A stretch of DNA of 43,290 nucleotides, taken from contig MCFE01000707.1 in NCBI GenBank assembly GCA_002104905.1, positions 1-43,290 on the forward strand. The letters are read 5' to 3'. Shown here piece by piece: positions 27,988 to 41,500 of the stretch. The stretch is from Basidiobolus meristosporus CBS 931.73. Its lineage: Eukaryota > Fungi > Basidiobolomycota. Each line of letters opens with the position of its first letter. Positions within the stretch are counted from its first letter, which is position 1. The notes beneath the pieces are model-generated. The model ran no database searches. It saw only the letters and a list, made by a program, of their open reading frames with translations, and was not told the origin of the DNA. Made by a program: the position numbers and the translations under genes.

Positions 27988-29319
27988 TTACATAGAGTTG
28001 CGACGGCTTCGATGGTAACAGTGGTTTACTCCCTTTTTAGAGGGGGCAGAAGAGGGGTGGATCTTTGGAGGGGGATTATCCTCTGGCTCAACGTTTGAGT
28101 ACTCTAAAGACTCGTCTTGAGTTTCTGGCTCAATTTCTTCCATAGCATGAGTCACCTGTTTACTGGCCAGCTCTAGCAAATGTCTATCCAGAAGTAAAAC
28201 ACCCAGAGCAAAGAGTAGAGTCCAATACACCATGGCAACAATTGTTTTACTATGCCTGTACAAGCCGACAACTCCTCCAGACTCGAGGACTTTATGGTCG
28301 ATGGATGCATCACAGAACGGAACGACTTTCTTCTTGCCCCGGGATATATTGGGTAGTACAAGCTTGCGATGGATGTGGTAAGGCGCCTGGCTTTGGCCAT
28401 TCGTCACCACCTGACACCAAAGTCTAACTTCAGTGGTGTTGTTGCTAGCTGACTCTGCCTTCGGGATACATGCTTCTAGTCGAGTAAATTCAGATTCGTA
28501 GTCTATTTTCTCTTCTACAATTTCATCGGCTAGCCTCTGTCTCAGAGGAATGATCAGAGATGCTGAAGAGGCTAGCTCTTCATCTTGTTCTACTGAATAG
28601 TTGACTTCTGATGGAGGCCGTGTATCGATGGCTGCTTGAGCATCATTCAGTAGATGGTCAAGCATATTACATACACGACCATACCCTACATCTTCGTCCG
28701 AATCTTCTGACATTCCTTCATCAGCAGAGTCCAACTGTGAGTTGAGTAAATCCTAGAGAAAACAAGAGTTTCTGGGTTTAGCAATGCAATTCATTCTTGA
28801 GGGAGCGTCATAAATATGGTACCTGCTTGTTTAGTTTTTGGATGTCTTTAGATACTGGCTTAGGGCCCTGCAAGTTGTTAACTGAGTTCCCGATCCTGTA
28901 GAACGAAAAGACATGTAAATCTTGGATCCTATGCTAGATAATGATTGGCAGGAACAAAACTTACTCGGTCAGTTGGGCTTTAATATCCTTGTAGGCAAAT
29001 GTCTGAAACTCCAGCATGTTCTGCATGGAAGTGCATAGACTTTCAAGGTGAACCATCTATTGAAAAAGTGAATCTCGATTTAGCGTCGAAGGCCTGGAAG
29101 GTGAGGATCTTAATAGGGGTCAGTTCTGCCTACTTTTCCCAACATTGTCTCTTCTACTGGTACCTCGAGGTCGAGCTTCGTCGAGGTATCCATCTTTAAT
29201 GTACTTGGCTCTGGCTTTGAGTCTAGTTGGTGGTCCCTGGCCACAGTCGAATATGGCGGCGGCAGCTCCACAATCGATTTGTGGTCTTTGAAGAGTGTGT
29301 TTACGTTACTCACACTCAT
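27988..29319 (-). CDS. Hypothetical protein with a C-terminal TM segment, multi-exon
   Basis: ORFs 29110-29319 and 27988-28734 linked by small inferred exons with canonical GT..AG introns; TM segment IVAMVYWTLLFALGVLLL. Confidence 0.65.
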
Positions 29320-29636
29320 ATCTTCTCGTGTGCGTTGGAAAGGTTAGCTGCAATATACAAAGGTCGAGGGGGCGTGACTGTTATAAATATGAATAAGGTT
29401 TAGATGAACCAACAAGTGTGAGGGTGCCGTTCTTATAAACTCGAAAATTCAATATAAAAAATTTCACTTGTATCTCCATGGAGATGGCAAGGATCACTCC
29501 TCTTAAATAGAGGTGCCAGAATGACGATAATGTAAGTGGTCCCAAGCTTCGTTGAAATGGTTGGTGCAAAAACCGGATCTATCCCTCATGACAATGAGCA
29601 GAATTCATGTGAGATTCTCCATTGTTATATTATCTA

Positions 29637-30330
29637 CTAGATTAGTGTGTGCAGTTGTGCTACCATATTGTGACTCCTTAATAAGTAGACATTAGGGTTC
29701 CGTCTTATGCAAGGCCATGAAAACCATCGAAGAAAAGCGGGTGAGTCAAACCTCTCATCGAAATTCTCCATAACGTCGTTGGCATTACCAGAAATGGCCT
29801 TGGACACTAGTGATTTACAACCTCCAAGGGCCACCCTCTGAAACAACAATGCGCCCAGAGTTAGTAGTTCAATCATCCAGATCATGATCATTCGTTGACA
29901 CTCGCTGTATCTTACCATGCATATTCCCATCGATTATCCATTGCAATTACGTTCGAATTCCCGATAAGCTTGGCGGTTTCCCTGAGATTACCAAGATCCA
30001 GTGGAATTTGCTTACACTCTTGCAGGTTCTCTCGAACGCAAGCCAGTTTGCCTCTCGTTTGGGACGTTAGCACCTAGTATGGTTCGGTGAATGCGGTAGA
30101 GTGGGCCGGGTGAGGCTCGCTGCTTCGGAATGGACAGCCAATCAGTCTCCTTGGCCCCTGCTTTCCTTGGCTCCACTATGTCACAGTCGCGCTCCATGAC
30201 AAGAATCGAAGAGGCACTTACCATGCATTGACGTAGAGATGCCGTAACATCTAGGCTCCTCGGATCAGTCACATTCTTTGGTAGAATACTGCGCCAAGAT
30301 TCGTGATGTGCTATCATCCTCCTTACCAAT
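29637..30330 (-). pseudogene. Possible decayed intron-containing gene of unknown family
   Basis: Convincing splice signals (GTAAGT; GTAAGA..CTAAC..TTTCAG) and exon-like stretches (KLACVRENLQECKQIPLDLGN.., RVALGGCKSLVSK..), but splicing them creates an in-frame TGA or needs a frameshift. Confidence 0.25.
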
Positions 30331-31865
30331 TGAGTGAGAATTACTGATCATCCAAACCAATCAAGGCCAGTCTGAATCATACTAAAGCAAAAAAGGCAAC
30401 TCTACCTGATAGCATATCATTCAATGGTCATCAATCCAAGTACAGCTGCCAAATTTGGCATTCGCAGGATAAGTGATTGAAGTCTGGTAAGCCATTAAGT
30501 GTCTTCATGCTTTGCTTGGGCCTGTGCATTGCCTTAGCATAAATGGCAGTGTAGCTTTTATGAGCGGATATTGTTACAATGAGTCAATACCTTCCAGACC
30601 AACGTAGGAGGATTGAGAAGTATACCATTGTTGTACTGTGCAGGATGCGACTCTAATTGTTGCATTGAGATTCATGAAACCATGCAAATCGTGTAGGGGT
30701 CCATAGAATTGTATTGTGCCGTAGAAGCACATGTATCGCATATTCGATAAGCCATCAGTCATTATTTCTCTGGGATAGGGTAACTACTGCTTGACAAAAT
30801 TCAGCTGCTCCTCGTTATTAACTTTCCCACGAGCCTGTATGATTCTTAAGTGAGTAAAACTATAGTGTCCATTTACTTTGTGACAATATAAGCGTATAAA
30901 CACTCAATATCCGCCAAGCGCTCTTAAGAAACCGCTTCCGCAAAGGCTTCACATTTTTCAAATCTTAGATGGATTGCTATCATCCACTAACCATTGCATG
31001 TCATAAGCCTTTACTTCAACTCTCGCATATTTGGGTAGTTAAACCAGTTTGTGGCACACCTGATGCAGAGCAGCCTTGATTTATCTATCACATGATTACT
31101 GTTGTTATCCCCTATAGAATATAAGGTGTTGAAGAAGCTAACATGAGTTTGATTGTGCAGACATGGCTCTAGACTGATGTAGAAGATTATTGGTAAATTT
31201 TGAAAGATCAGTTAGATGTCAATTGATAACATTTGATACAGTATATCAATAATTAGGCGCTGACCATTTGTTGTACTGAGTAACCATAATGGCTTCCGAT
31301 TTCCTATTTACTTGAAAAGTACCAGTGCCACAATCAAGATGTGCGCGATGTGCTTTAAACAAGCATACTGCATCAAGATTTGGTTATGCTCCTCAACATT
31401 CCAAAATTTAACCGTGGATCACTACAGAGTGCAATATTATGAAAGTACGCCATAAAAATCTCGAACTTGGAATTCATCCGATTTTTGCTGGTATCCTGCC
31501 GGTATTTTAACGGTATTTTGCTGGCGTTCAGCTGGTGTTTTTGCTTCAAATTTTTAGTTGCAATTTTTGTTGAAAGTAGCAAGTAAGTGAGTACCGAATC
31601 TTGTACCAGTGCTAGTTGGCCTAGTCTCCACCTTGAAAATATGTCTGCCTGTGTGCCAAATAGCTTGTACCAGAGATATTGAGAGCTGTAAGTTTTGAGA
31701 AACTTGAAATTTAACTGATATTATGATGGTATTCTACAGGGCTTTTAATGATTTTTTTCCTGAGGGGTAATAAGCCCCAAACTCAGTCCTGCTAAGCATG
31801 TATACAGCCACTTGAAGCACAATACAATATACTTGGACAAATATCTTGCATAGAAGCATTGGGAG

Positions 31866-34117
31866 TGTTAAAAATTATGGAGGTTTTCCAAATAGGAAGG
31901 CTAATATGGCTGACTTTGTTGTAAGGGATTTGGAGATATTGAAAGGGATGTAGAAAGCATGAAACTTTCCTAAGCATATTCTGTTTTTTTTGCCAATACC
32001 ATGTAAAAGTACATATACAACTTTTACACTAGGTCAATCTTTAAGTGAAAGTCACATAATCTACTTGTGCTCCCAATTACTCTCAACATCTTGAAAACTC
32101 TTACAACAGGCTTTGAGCCCCAAGCTATTATTCTCTGTAATATCTAAAACTGCTATTGAAGGGATTTTTCCCTATGCTGAGAAGTTGAATGGCCCTAAGT
32201 GCCAAGTATGATAGGCAAAGATGAAGATGCTGATACAGGAAAGTGGCCTTTGGGATACTGTTATGAGAGAAGGATGCCCTCCTAAAAATGCAAGAGAAGT
32301 AGCCTTAAAGTACTGGAAGAAACAACAAAGTGCCTTTAACTGCATTTGCCTCAATGCCAAAGACAAATTGCTAAATCAATGCTTAAGAGCAAAAACACCA
32401 AAGAATGCCTGGAAGGCATTGGAGGACACCTACCAGTCATGTTCAGCTGCAAAGAAAATGTATCTCAGACAAAAATTCTATAATACGTAGATGCTGCCAG
32501 AAGAAGAAATGAAAATCAAATAAACTCATAAATCTGTTGGTTGATGAGAGGGTATCAGTGGGCATGCCAAATATTGATGAAGTTGTGATAGTTGCCCCCC
32601 TGAATAGTCTGACAGACAGGTTTCAGGGCCTTGTATCAGCCCTCAAGTCCAGAACTGAAGATTTGACCTTAAACTATGTATATGGAAGGCTCCTGGATGA
32701 AGAATCAAGAAAATCAAGCACTAAAAAGAAGGAAGAAGAAAACACTCTAATAAGCAGTTATAACCTATAAAGGAAGCACCCAAGACCCTTCAAAGGCAGA
32801 AGTAACCTCTTCAACAGCTACTGCAACAGGAAATGACACACATCAGGTTAGTGCTTCAAACAGGGAGAAAATCAGCAGAAAAAGCTTGAAAATTGATATG
32901 CTGCATCAACCAATGATAGACTATTAGTATCTGCTCTAAATATAACAACAAACAAAAACTCTCAAACATGGTATACTGACTCTGGAGCATCTCAGCACTT
33001 TACACACCAAAAAGAACCTTTCACCCAATAAAAAGTAATTCCAAATTTTCATGGGTGACATTGGAACACATGCAGCAGCTGGAGAAGGAACCATTGAAGT
33101 AAGCCTCAGAAGTGGCAAAGTAAGTTAAACGCTTACCTTCAAAGAAGTACTCTAAGTAGCAGTTACAGCAAAGAACATTCTATCTGTAAGCAAGGCAACA
33201 GCAAAAAGACTTGGCTTTAGTTTTGACCATTCTAAATGCAGGAAGACTGAACATACTGGTAAAAGCTAGACATCCACTCAAGAGCTCTGGGTTAGTCAAA
33301 ACTAAGAAAAAATTAAATCTAAATCACTCAGATCTGTGTGGACCTATGCAAATTATCCTTAGGCCAAATAAAGTATACATCAAATTTATCAATGATTATA
33401 CAGAATACATGTGGGTCTACTTCATGCAAAGAAGGGAATAAGCTATGTCTTGGCTCAGGAAGTTTAGAGCCAGGGTGGAGAGAGAAACTGGTGAAAAAAT
33501 TACAAAAATATGCTCTGACAATGGTGGAGAATACACCTCAAAACTCTTCATCCACTTATGCTAAATTCATGGGACTGAGAAAGAAACTACTGTACCATAC
33601 TCCTACTGCAAAATATAGTATACAAACATGCAGACAGATCAAAAATTGATATGGCAAGATATATGATCCATGATCAAATACTATCCTGTGATTTTTGTTG
33701 TAAAAATTTGTATTTCCACCTAAATATTCACCTAACTTAGTCACTTAGATCATTACCCTCAAATCCTAGAGAATACTGACCAAATTCCTTGTCGGGATTT
33801 ACTTAGAATATTTACCCAGAGCATGAAAATTCTCAAAGTTGTCCAAATAGCCCCAAACTTTGCACACATGTTCTTGGGACCTTCCTTAGCCTATTCTATG
33901 TGTTTGTAATGCTAAGACCATGTAAAAGTATAAATACTACTTTTATATTCAATAAATCATTAAGTGAAACCCACATGATCTACATGTTCTCCCAATCACT
34001 TCCAATATCTCCAAGACTCTTACAACAATTCTTGGGTGGAATCTGTTGCTACAGCTGTATATCTCAAAGATAGGAGTTATAGCAGAATATGCATAGATTC
34101 TATTCCATTTGAAGCAT
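31866..34117 (+). mobile_element. Copy E: heavily decayed copia element (partial 5' LTR to 32108, PBS, gag, protease, part of integrase), interrupted by a solo LTR
   Basis: CTCTTACAACA|GGCTTTGAGCCCCAAG at 32108/32109. MKMLIQESGLWD.., LTLNYVYGRLLDEE, WYTDSGASQH, SDLCGPMQ and WVESVATAVYLK fragments with many stops and frameshifts. Confidence 0.9.
33696..34027 (+). mobile_element. Solo LTR (332 bp) inserted into the integrase of copy E
   Basis: TGTTGTAA..TTACAACA flanked by ATTTT and ATTCT (TSD with one mismatch); the flanks rejoin as ..TCCTGTGATTTT-TGGGTGGAATC. Confidence 0.92.
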
Positions 34118-34811
34118 CCTCACTTGGTAGTAAGTTGCAACTAACTTTTCAGCAGAGGGAAAAATTCCAGTAATAGCAGTAGTTGTCACTTCCAAGTGTG
34201 ACAGCTTGGGCCTCATAGTCTGTTGTAAGAGTCTTGGAGATATTGGAAGTGACTGGGAGAACAAGTAGATTATGTGATTTTCACTTAATGATTTATTGAA
34301 TATAAAAGTAGTATTTATACTTTTACATGGTCTTAGCATTACAAACACATAGAATAGATCAAGAAAGAACCCAAGAACATATGTGCAAAGTTTGGGGCTG
34401 TTTGGACAACTTTGAGAATTTTCATGTTGTGGGTACCTGGTATTTTGGTGAAAATATCCCAAGTCCCAACAAGGAATTTGGTCAGTATTCCCTGGGATTT
34501 GAAGGTAATGATCTATGTGATTAAGTTGGGTGAATATCTAGGTGGAATTACAAACTTTTACAACACTTCCACTCAGCTAAATGTTCACACTGACTAGTCC
34601 TAATTTCGACCTCAGAGATTCAAACTTGTTTCTAACTCATGGCTTGGTAAATATGTCTGCAATCATTTCATCTGCAGGACAGTAAACTAAGCTAACTAAG
34701 TTATTCTCTATAGCTTCTCATATGAAATGATGTCTAATATCTATGTGCTTACTTCTAGCATGAAAAGTTGGATTTCTACCTAATTGTATACATCCTTGAT
34801 TATCTTGAAAT
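34118..34811 (-). mobile_element. Copy C 3' tail (RNase H end, PPT), LTR 34221-34565, and copy D gag stub
   Basis: FQDNQGCIQLGRNPTFHARSKHIDIRHHFI at 34718-34811. The LTR has a PPT-like sequence on one side and degenerate PBS GACTATGAGGCCCAAG plus gag start (TTAITGIFPSAEKL) on the other. Confidence 0.88.
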
Positions 34812-37800
34812 TGTTGTAAGAGTCTTGGAGATATTGGAAGTGATTGGGAGAACAAGTAGATTATGTGGTTTTCACTTAATGATTTATTGAATGTAAAAGT
34901 GGTATTTATACTTTTACCTGGTCTTGGCATTACAAACACATAGAATAGGCTAAGGAAGGTCCCAAGAACATGTGTGCAAAGTTTGGGGCTGTTTGGACAA
35001 CTTTGAGAATTTTCATGTTTGGGTACCTGGTATTTTGGTGAAAATATTCTAAGTAAATCCCAACAAGGAATTTGGTCAGTATTCTCTAGGATTTGAAGGT
35101 AATGATCTAAGTGACTAAGTTAGGTGAATATTTAGGTGGAAATACGAATTTTTACAACACTCCCACTCAGCTAAATGTTCATACTGACTAGTCCTAATTT
35201 TGACTTAAGATATTCAAACTTATCTCTAGCTAATGGTTTGGTAAATATGTCTGCAATCATTTCATCTGTAGGACAGTAAACTAAGCTAACTAAGTTATTC
35301 TCTATAGCTTCTCATATGAAATGATGTCTAATATCTATGTGCTTGGTTCTAGCATGAAAAGTTGGATTTCTACCTAATTGTATACATCCTTGATTATCTT
35401 GAAATAAAGTAATAGGCGTTTTTTGACATAGGCCTAAATCTGTAAAGAGCTTTCTTAACCACATTGCTTCTTTTGTAGCTTCACAGGCTGCCATATACTC
35501 TGCCTCTGTAGTAGAAAGTGCTACGGTTGGTTGCTTTCTTGAATTCCATGAAATTGCTCCTTTACAGTAAAGAAAGGTGTATCCTGTGGTGGATCTTCTG
35601 TCTTCCAAATTTTGTCCCCAATCAGCATCAGAGTATCCCACAAGATCCTGTTCTGAATCCTTATAAGTGTATCTTAAGCAGATATCAGCAGTTCCTTTTA
35701 GGTATCTAAAAATCCGCTTAACTGCTGCAATATGATCAGATCCATAATTCTGATTATGTTGGCTGACAACTCCCACTGAATATGAGATGTCTGGACGTGT
35801 TCCAAGCATGATATACATCAGACTGCCAACCACAGATTGATAAGGAAAGTCAGGGCTTTCAGATGACGCCAAGCTCTCTTGATTTGGTTGAGTTTTGACC
35901 AAGTTAAGGTTTGTCTCCATTGGGGTAGCTGCCGGTTTACAGTCTTCCATTTTGTACTTCTTTAGTATATCTTGAATATACTTGGATTGGCTTAGGGTAA
36001 TAGTCTGGGTACTTCTGTCTATGGAGAACTTAATCCCTAAGTAGTAACTAAGTTCTCCTAGATCGGACATCTTGAACTCCTTAGATAGGCTGGATTTAGT
36101 CTCTTCCAATGTTTCTAGGTTATTGGCGGCTATAATAAGATCATCCACATATAGAGCTAATAGAACTGGATTTGCTCTATCTGGCTTATAGTATATACTA
36201 TAGTCAGCATTACTCCTTTTGAAACTCAAAGATTCCAAATAAGAATCTATCTTGCACTTCCAGGCTCTTGGTGATTGTTTGAGACCATATAGTGACTTTT
36301 TAAGCTTGCAGACCAAATGGGGGTTATTTTGGTCAACAAACCCATCAGGCTGGTCCATATACACGTCCTCATCAAGTTCTCCATTCAAAAATGCAGTTTT
36401 TACATCCATTTGATGAATAAAAAACTTATATTTGGCTGCAATAGCCAATATTAATCTGATGGAATTAAACTTGGCTACCGGTGCAAAGGTCTCAGTATAG
36501 TCAAGTCCTTTTGTTTGAGAGTATCCTTTGGCTACAAGTCTTGCTTTGTATCTTTCAATTGTGCCATTAGCCTTGTATTTTGTCTTGAAGACCCATCTGC
36601 ATCCAATTGATTTTTGGTTGATTGGTAATTTGACTAAGTCCCAAGTTTGATTTTCCATCAGGGCCTGATATTCCTCAGTCATTGCAGATCTCCAAATCTT
36701 TGTCTGAGGGCTATTTAGGGCCTCTTTTACAGTCTGGGGTTCATCAATATGGACTGAATAGGCATAGGCTAAGTTTGTACCCTCATTGATATAGTAATTT
36801 GGGCTATTTCTTGTCCGATTGGATCTCCGGGCATTTAATACTGGAATGATCACCTCTGGGATATTCCTGGGCACTGATTCTGGCTGAACCACGGTTGTAG
36901 AGTCCTCTGGAGGGAAAAAATTTTCATTGTTTTGCTCTGATTCAATCCTGACAATTGGTGGACTTGAGATCAAATTTTTGTCATCATCTGATGTGATTTT
37001 TTGTGAAAATTTTGAATTTTCATCAAACAACACATCCCTGGACTTGATCAGCTTCTTTGCTTTGGTATTGTAGAGTCTGTATGCCTTACTCTCATTGCAG
37101 TAGCCCAAAAATAAGTATTTTACACTTTTTGGCTCAAATTTTGACTGATTTCCGGCCAGTTTTTTGGCATATGCTGTACACCCAAATATTCTTAGATGTT
37201 CTGCACTTGGTCTGTATCCATACCATGCTTCAAGTGGAGTAGAATCACGAAGTATTCTGTTATAACTCCTATTTTTAAGATATACAGCAGTGGCAACTGA
37301 TTTCGCCCAAAAATCATAGGATAATTTTTGATCATGGATCATAGATCTTGCCATATCAATTATTGATCTGTTAGCTTGTTCTGCTACTCCATTTTGCTGT
37401 GGGGAGTATGGTACAGTAGTCTCTTGCTTTATCCCATGAATTTTGCAGAAGTGGATGAAGAGTTTGGAGGTATATTCTCCACCATTGTCAGAGCGTATTT
37501 TCTTGATTTTTTCACCAGTTTCTCTCTCCACCATGGCTTTAAACTCCCTGAACTTAGACAGAGCTTCTTCCTTTCTCTCCATGAAGTAGACCCATGTGTA
37601 TCTTGTATAATCATCAATAAAAGTGATTAAATACTTCATCCCGCCTAAGGATAAATTTTGCATAGGTCCACACAGATCTGAGTGAATTAGATCTAATTTT
37701 TTCTTAGTTTTGATTAACCCAGAGCTCTTGAACGGTTGTCTGGCTTGTTTCCCATATATGCAGGCTTCACAGTGCTCCAAAATAGCTGGGGGATCAATTT

Positions 37801-38582
37801 TCACTCCAGAAATTAGCTGATCTTTGATCATTTCACGCAAATAATCAAAATTGATGTGTCCAAATCTCCTGTGCCAAAGCATTGGTGTTTCTTCATTTAA
37901 GTTACTTATATTGGCTTCCAGATATGATGGAATATAAGTCAACTTGTATAGATTCTGATCTCTGATGCCCAAAGCAATATGAGCACCATTTTGATCAGTG
38001 ATCCTGCATCCAGAATTGTCAAAACTGAAACTGAGTCCTTCTGCTGTGGCCTTGCTTACAGAGAGTAGGTTCTTGGCTATTTCTGGTACATAGAGTACTT
38101 CTTTAAAGGTCAGTGTATGGCTTCCTTCACTGCTTCTAAGGTTTACTTGGATAGTTCCTTCTCCCACTGCATCAAGTGTTCTATTGTCACCCATGAAAAC
38201 CTTCTTAATTGGAATTTCTTGATATTGGGTAAAAAGTTCTTTTTGGTGTGTAAAGTGTTGAGAAGCTCCAGAGTCAATATACCACGTCTGAGAATCCTTG
38301 TTTGTGGTCATATTTAGTGCAGATATGAATAGTCTATCTTCAGTTGTTGCAGCATTTCCATATTCAGGCTTCTTTTGCTGATTATCTTTCTTTTTGAGAC
38401 ACCGGTCTGATGTGTGTCCTTTCCTTTTGCAGTAGTTACAAAACAGGTTGCTGTTGCCTTTGTAGGGTCTTGGGTACCTCCTTTGTTGGTTATCATTGCT
38501 TATTAAAGCATTTTCTTCTTCCTTCTTATTAGCGCTTGATTTTCTTAATTCTTCATCCAGGAGCCTTCCATATACGTAATTT
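34812..38582 (-). mobile_element. Copy B: 5'-interrupted copia element (gag from NYVYGR through pol, PPT, 3' LTR 34812-35159)
   Basis: Open frame 35312-38582 with CCHC knuckle, DSGAS protease, integrase, RT (YVDD) and RNase H, ending at a premature TGA after HHFI. Confidence 0.95.
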
Positions 38583-41500
38583 TGTTGTAAGAGTCTTGGA
38601 GATATTGGAAGTGACTTGGAGAACAAGTAGATTATGTGGTTTTCACTTAATGATTTATTGAATGTAAAAGTAGTATTTATACTTTTACCATGGTCTTGGC
38701 ATTAACAAACACGTAGAATAGGTTAAGGAAGGTCCCAAGAACATGTGTGCAAAGTTTGGGGCTGTTTGGACAACTTTGAGAATTTTCATGTTCTGGGTAC
38801 CTGGTATTTTGGTGAAAATATTCTAAGTAAATCCCGACAAGGAATTTGGTCAGTATTCTCTAGGATTTGAAGGTGATGATCTAAGTGACTAAGTTAGGTG
38901 AATATTTAGGTGGAAATACAAATTTTTACAACACTCCCACTCAGCTAAATGTTCATACTGACTAGTCCTAATTTTGACCTAAGATATTCAAACTTGTCTC
39001 TAGCTAATGGTTTGGTAAATATGTCTGCAATCATTTCATCTGTAGGACAGTAAACTAAGCTAACTAAGTTATTCTCTATAGCTTCACGTATGAAATGATG
39101 TCTAATATCTATGTGCTTGGTTCTAGCATGAAAAGTTGGATTTCTACCTAATTGTATACATCCTTGATTATCTTGAAATAAAGTAATAGGCGTTTTTTGA
39201 CATAGGCCTAAATCTGTAAAGAGCTTTCTTAACCACATTGCTTCTTTTGTAGCTTCACAGGCTGCCATATACTCTGCCTCTGTAGGTAGAAAGTGCTACG
39301 GTTGGTTGCTTTCTTGAATTCCATGAAATTGCTCCTTTACAGTAAAGAAAGGTGTATCCTGTGGTGGATCTTCTGTCTTCTAAATTTTCGTCCCCAATCT
39401 GCATCAGAGTATCCCACAAGATCCTGTTCTGAAGTCCTTATAAGTGTATCTTAAGCAGATATCAGCAGTTCCTTTTAGGTATCTAAAAATCCGCTTAACT
39501 GCTGCAATATGATCAGATCCATAGTTCTGATTATGTTGGCTGACAACTCCCACTGAATATGAGATATCTGGACGTGTTCCAAGCATGATATACATCAGAC
39601 TGCCGACCATAGATTGATAAGGAAAGTCAGGGCTTTCAGATGGCACCAAGCTCTCTTGATTTGGTTGAGTTTTGACCAAGTTAAGGTTTGTCTCCATTGG
39701 GGTAGCTGCCGGTTTACAGTCTTCCATTTTGTACTTCTTTAGTATATCTTGAATATACTTGGATTGGCTTAGGGTAATAGTCTGGGTACTTCTGTCTATG
39801 GAGAACTTAATCCCTAAGTAGTAACTAAGTTCTCCTAGATCGGACATCTTGAACTCCTTAGATAGGCTGGATTTAGTCTCTTCCAATGTTTCTAGGTTAT
39901 TGGCGGCTATAATAAGATCATCCACATATAGAGCTAATAGAACTGGATTTGCTCTATCTGGCTTATAGTATATACTATAGTCAGCATTACTTCTTTTGAA
40001 ACTCAAAGATTCCAAATAAGAATCTATCTTGCAATTCCAGGCTCTTGGTGATTGTTTGAGACCATATAGTGACTTTTTAAGCTTGCAGACCAAATGGGGG
40101 TTATCTTGGTCAACAAACCCATCAGGCTGGTCCATATACACGTCCTCATCAAGTTCTCCATTCAAAAATGCAGTTTTTACATCCATTTGATGAATAAAAA
40201 ACTTATATTTGGCTGCAATAGCCAATATTAATCTGATGGAATTAAACTTGGCTACCGGTGCAAAGGTCTCAGTATAGTCAAGTCCTTTTGTTTGAGAGTA
40301 TCCTTTGGCTACAAGTCTTGCTTTGTATCTTTCAATTGTACCATCAGCCTTGTATTTTGTCTTGAAGACCCATCTGCATCCAATTGATTTTCGGTTGATT
40401 GGTAATTTGACTAAGTCCCAAGTTTGATTTTCCATCAGTGCCTGATATTCCTCAGTCATTGCAGATCTCCAAAACTTTGTCTGAGGGCTATTTAGGGCCT
40501 CTTTTACAGTCTGGGGTTCATCAATATGGACTGAATAGGCATAGGCTAAGTTTGTACCCTCATTGATATAGTAATTTGGGCTATTTCTTGTCCGATTGGA
40601 TCTCCGGGCATTTGATACTGGAATGATCACTTCTGGGATATTCCTGGGCACTGATTCTGGCTGAACCACGGTTGTAGAGTCCTCTGGAGTGAAAAAATTT
40701 TCATTGTTTTGCTCTGATTCAATCCTGACAATTGGTGGACTTGAGATCAAATTTTCGTCATCATCTGATGTCATTTTTTGTGAAAATTTTGAATTTTCAT
40801 CAAACAACACATCCCTGGACTTGATCAGCTTCTTTGCTTTGGTATTGTAGAGTCTGTATGCCTTACTCTCATTGCAGTAGCCCAAAAATATGCATTTTAC
40901 ACTTTTTGGCTCAAATTTTGACTGATTTCCGGCCAGTTTTTTGGCATATGCTGTACACCCAAATATTCTTAGATGTTCTGCACTTGGTCTGTATCCATAC
41001 CATGCTTCAAATGGAGTAGAATCACAAAGTATTCTGTTATAACTCCTATTTTTAAGATATACAGCAGTGGCAACTGATTCCGCCCAAAAATCATAGGATA
41101 ATTTTTGATCATGGATCATAGATCTTGCCATATCAATTATTGATCTGTTAGCTTGTTCTGCTACTCCATTTTGCTGTGGGGAGTATGGTACAGTAGTCTC
41201 TTGCTTTATCCCATGAATTTTGCAGAAGTGGATGAAGAGTTTTGAGGTATATTCTCCACCATTGTCAGAGCGTATTTTCTTGATTTTTTCACCAGTTTCT
41301 CTCTCCACCATGGCTTTAAACTCCCTGAGCTTAGACAGAGCTTCTTCCTTTCTCTCCATGAAGTAGACCCATGTGTATCTTGTATAATCATCAATAAAAG
41401 TGATTAAATACTTCATCCCGCCTAAGGATAAATTTTGCATAGGTCCACACAGATCTGAGTGAATTAGATCTAATTTTTTCTTAGTTTTGATTAACCCAGA

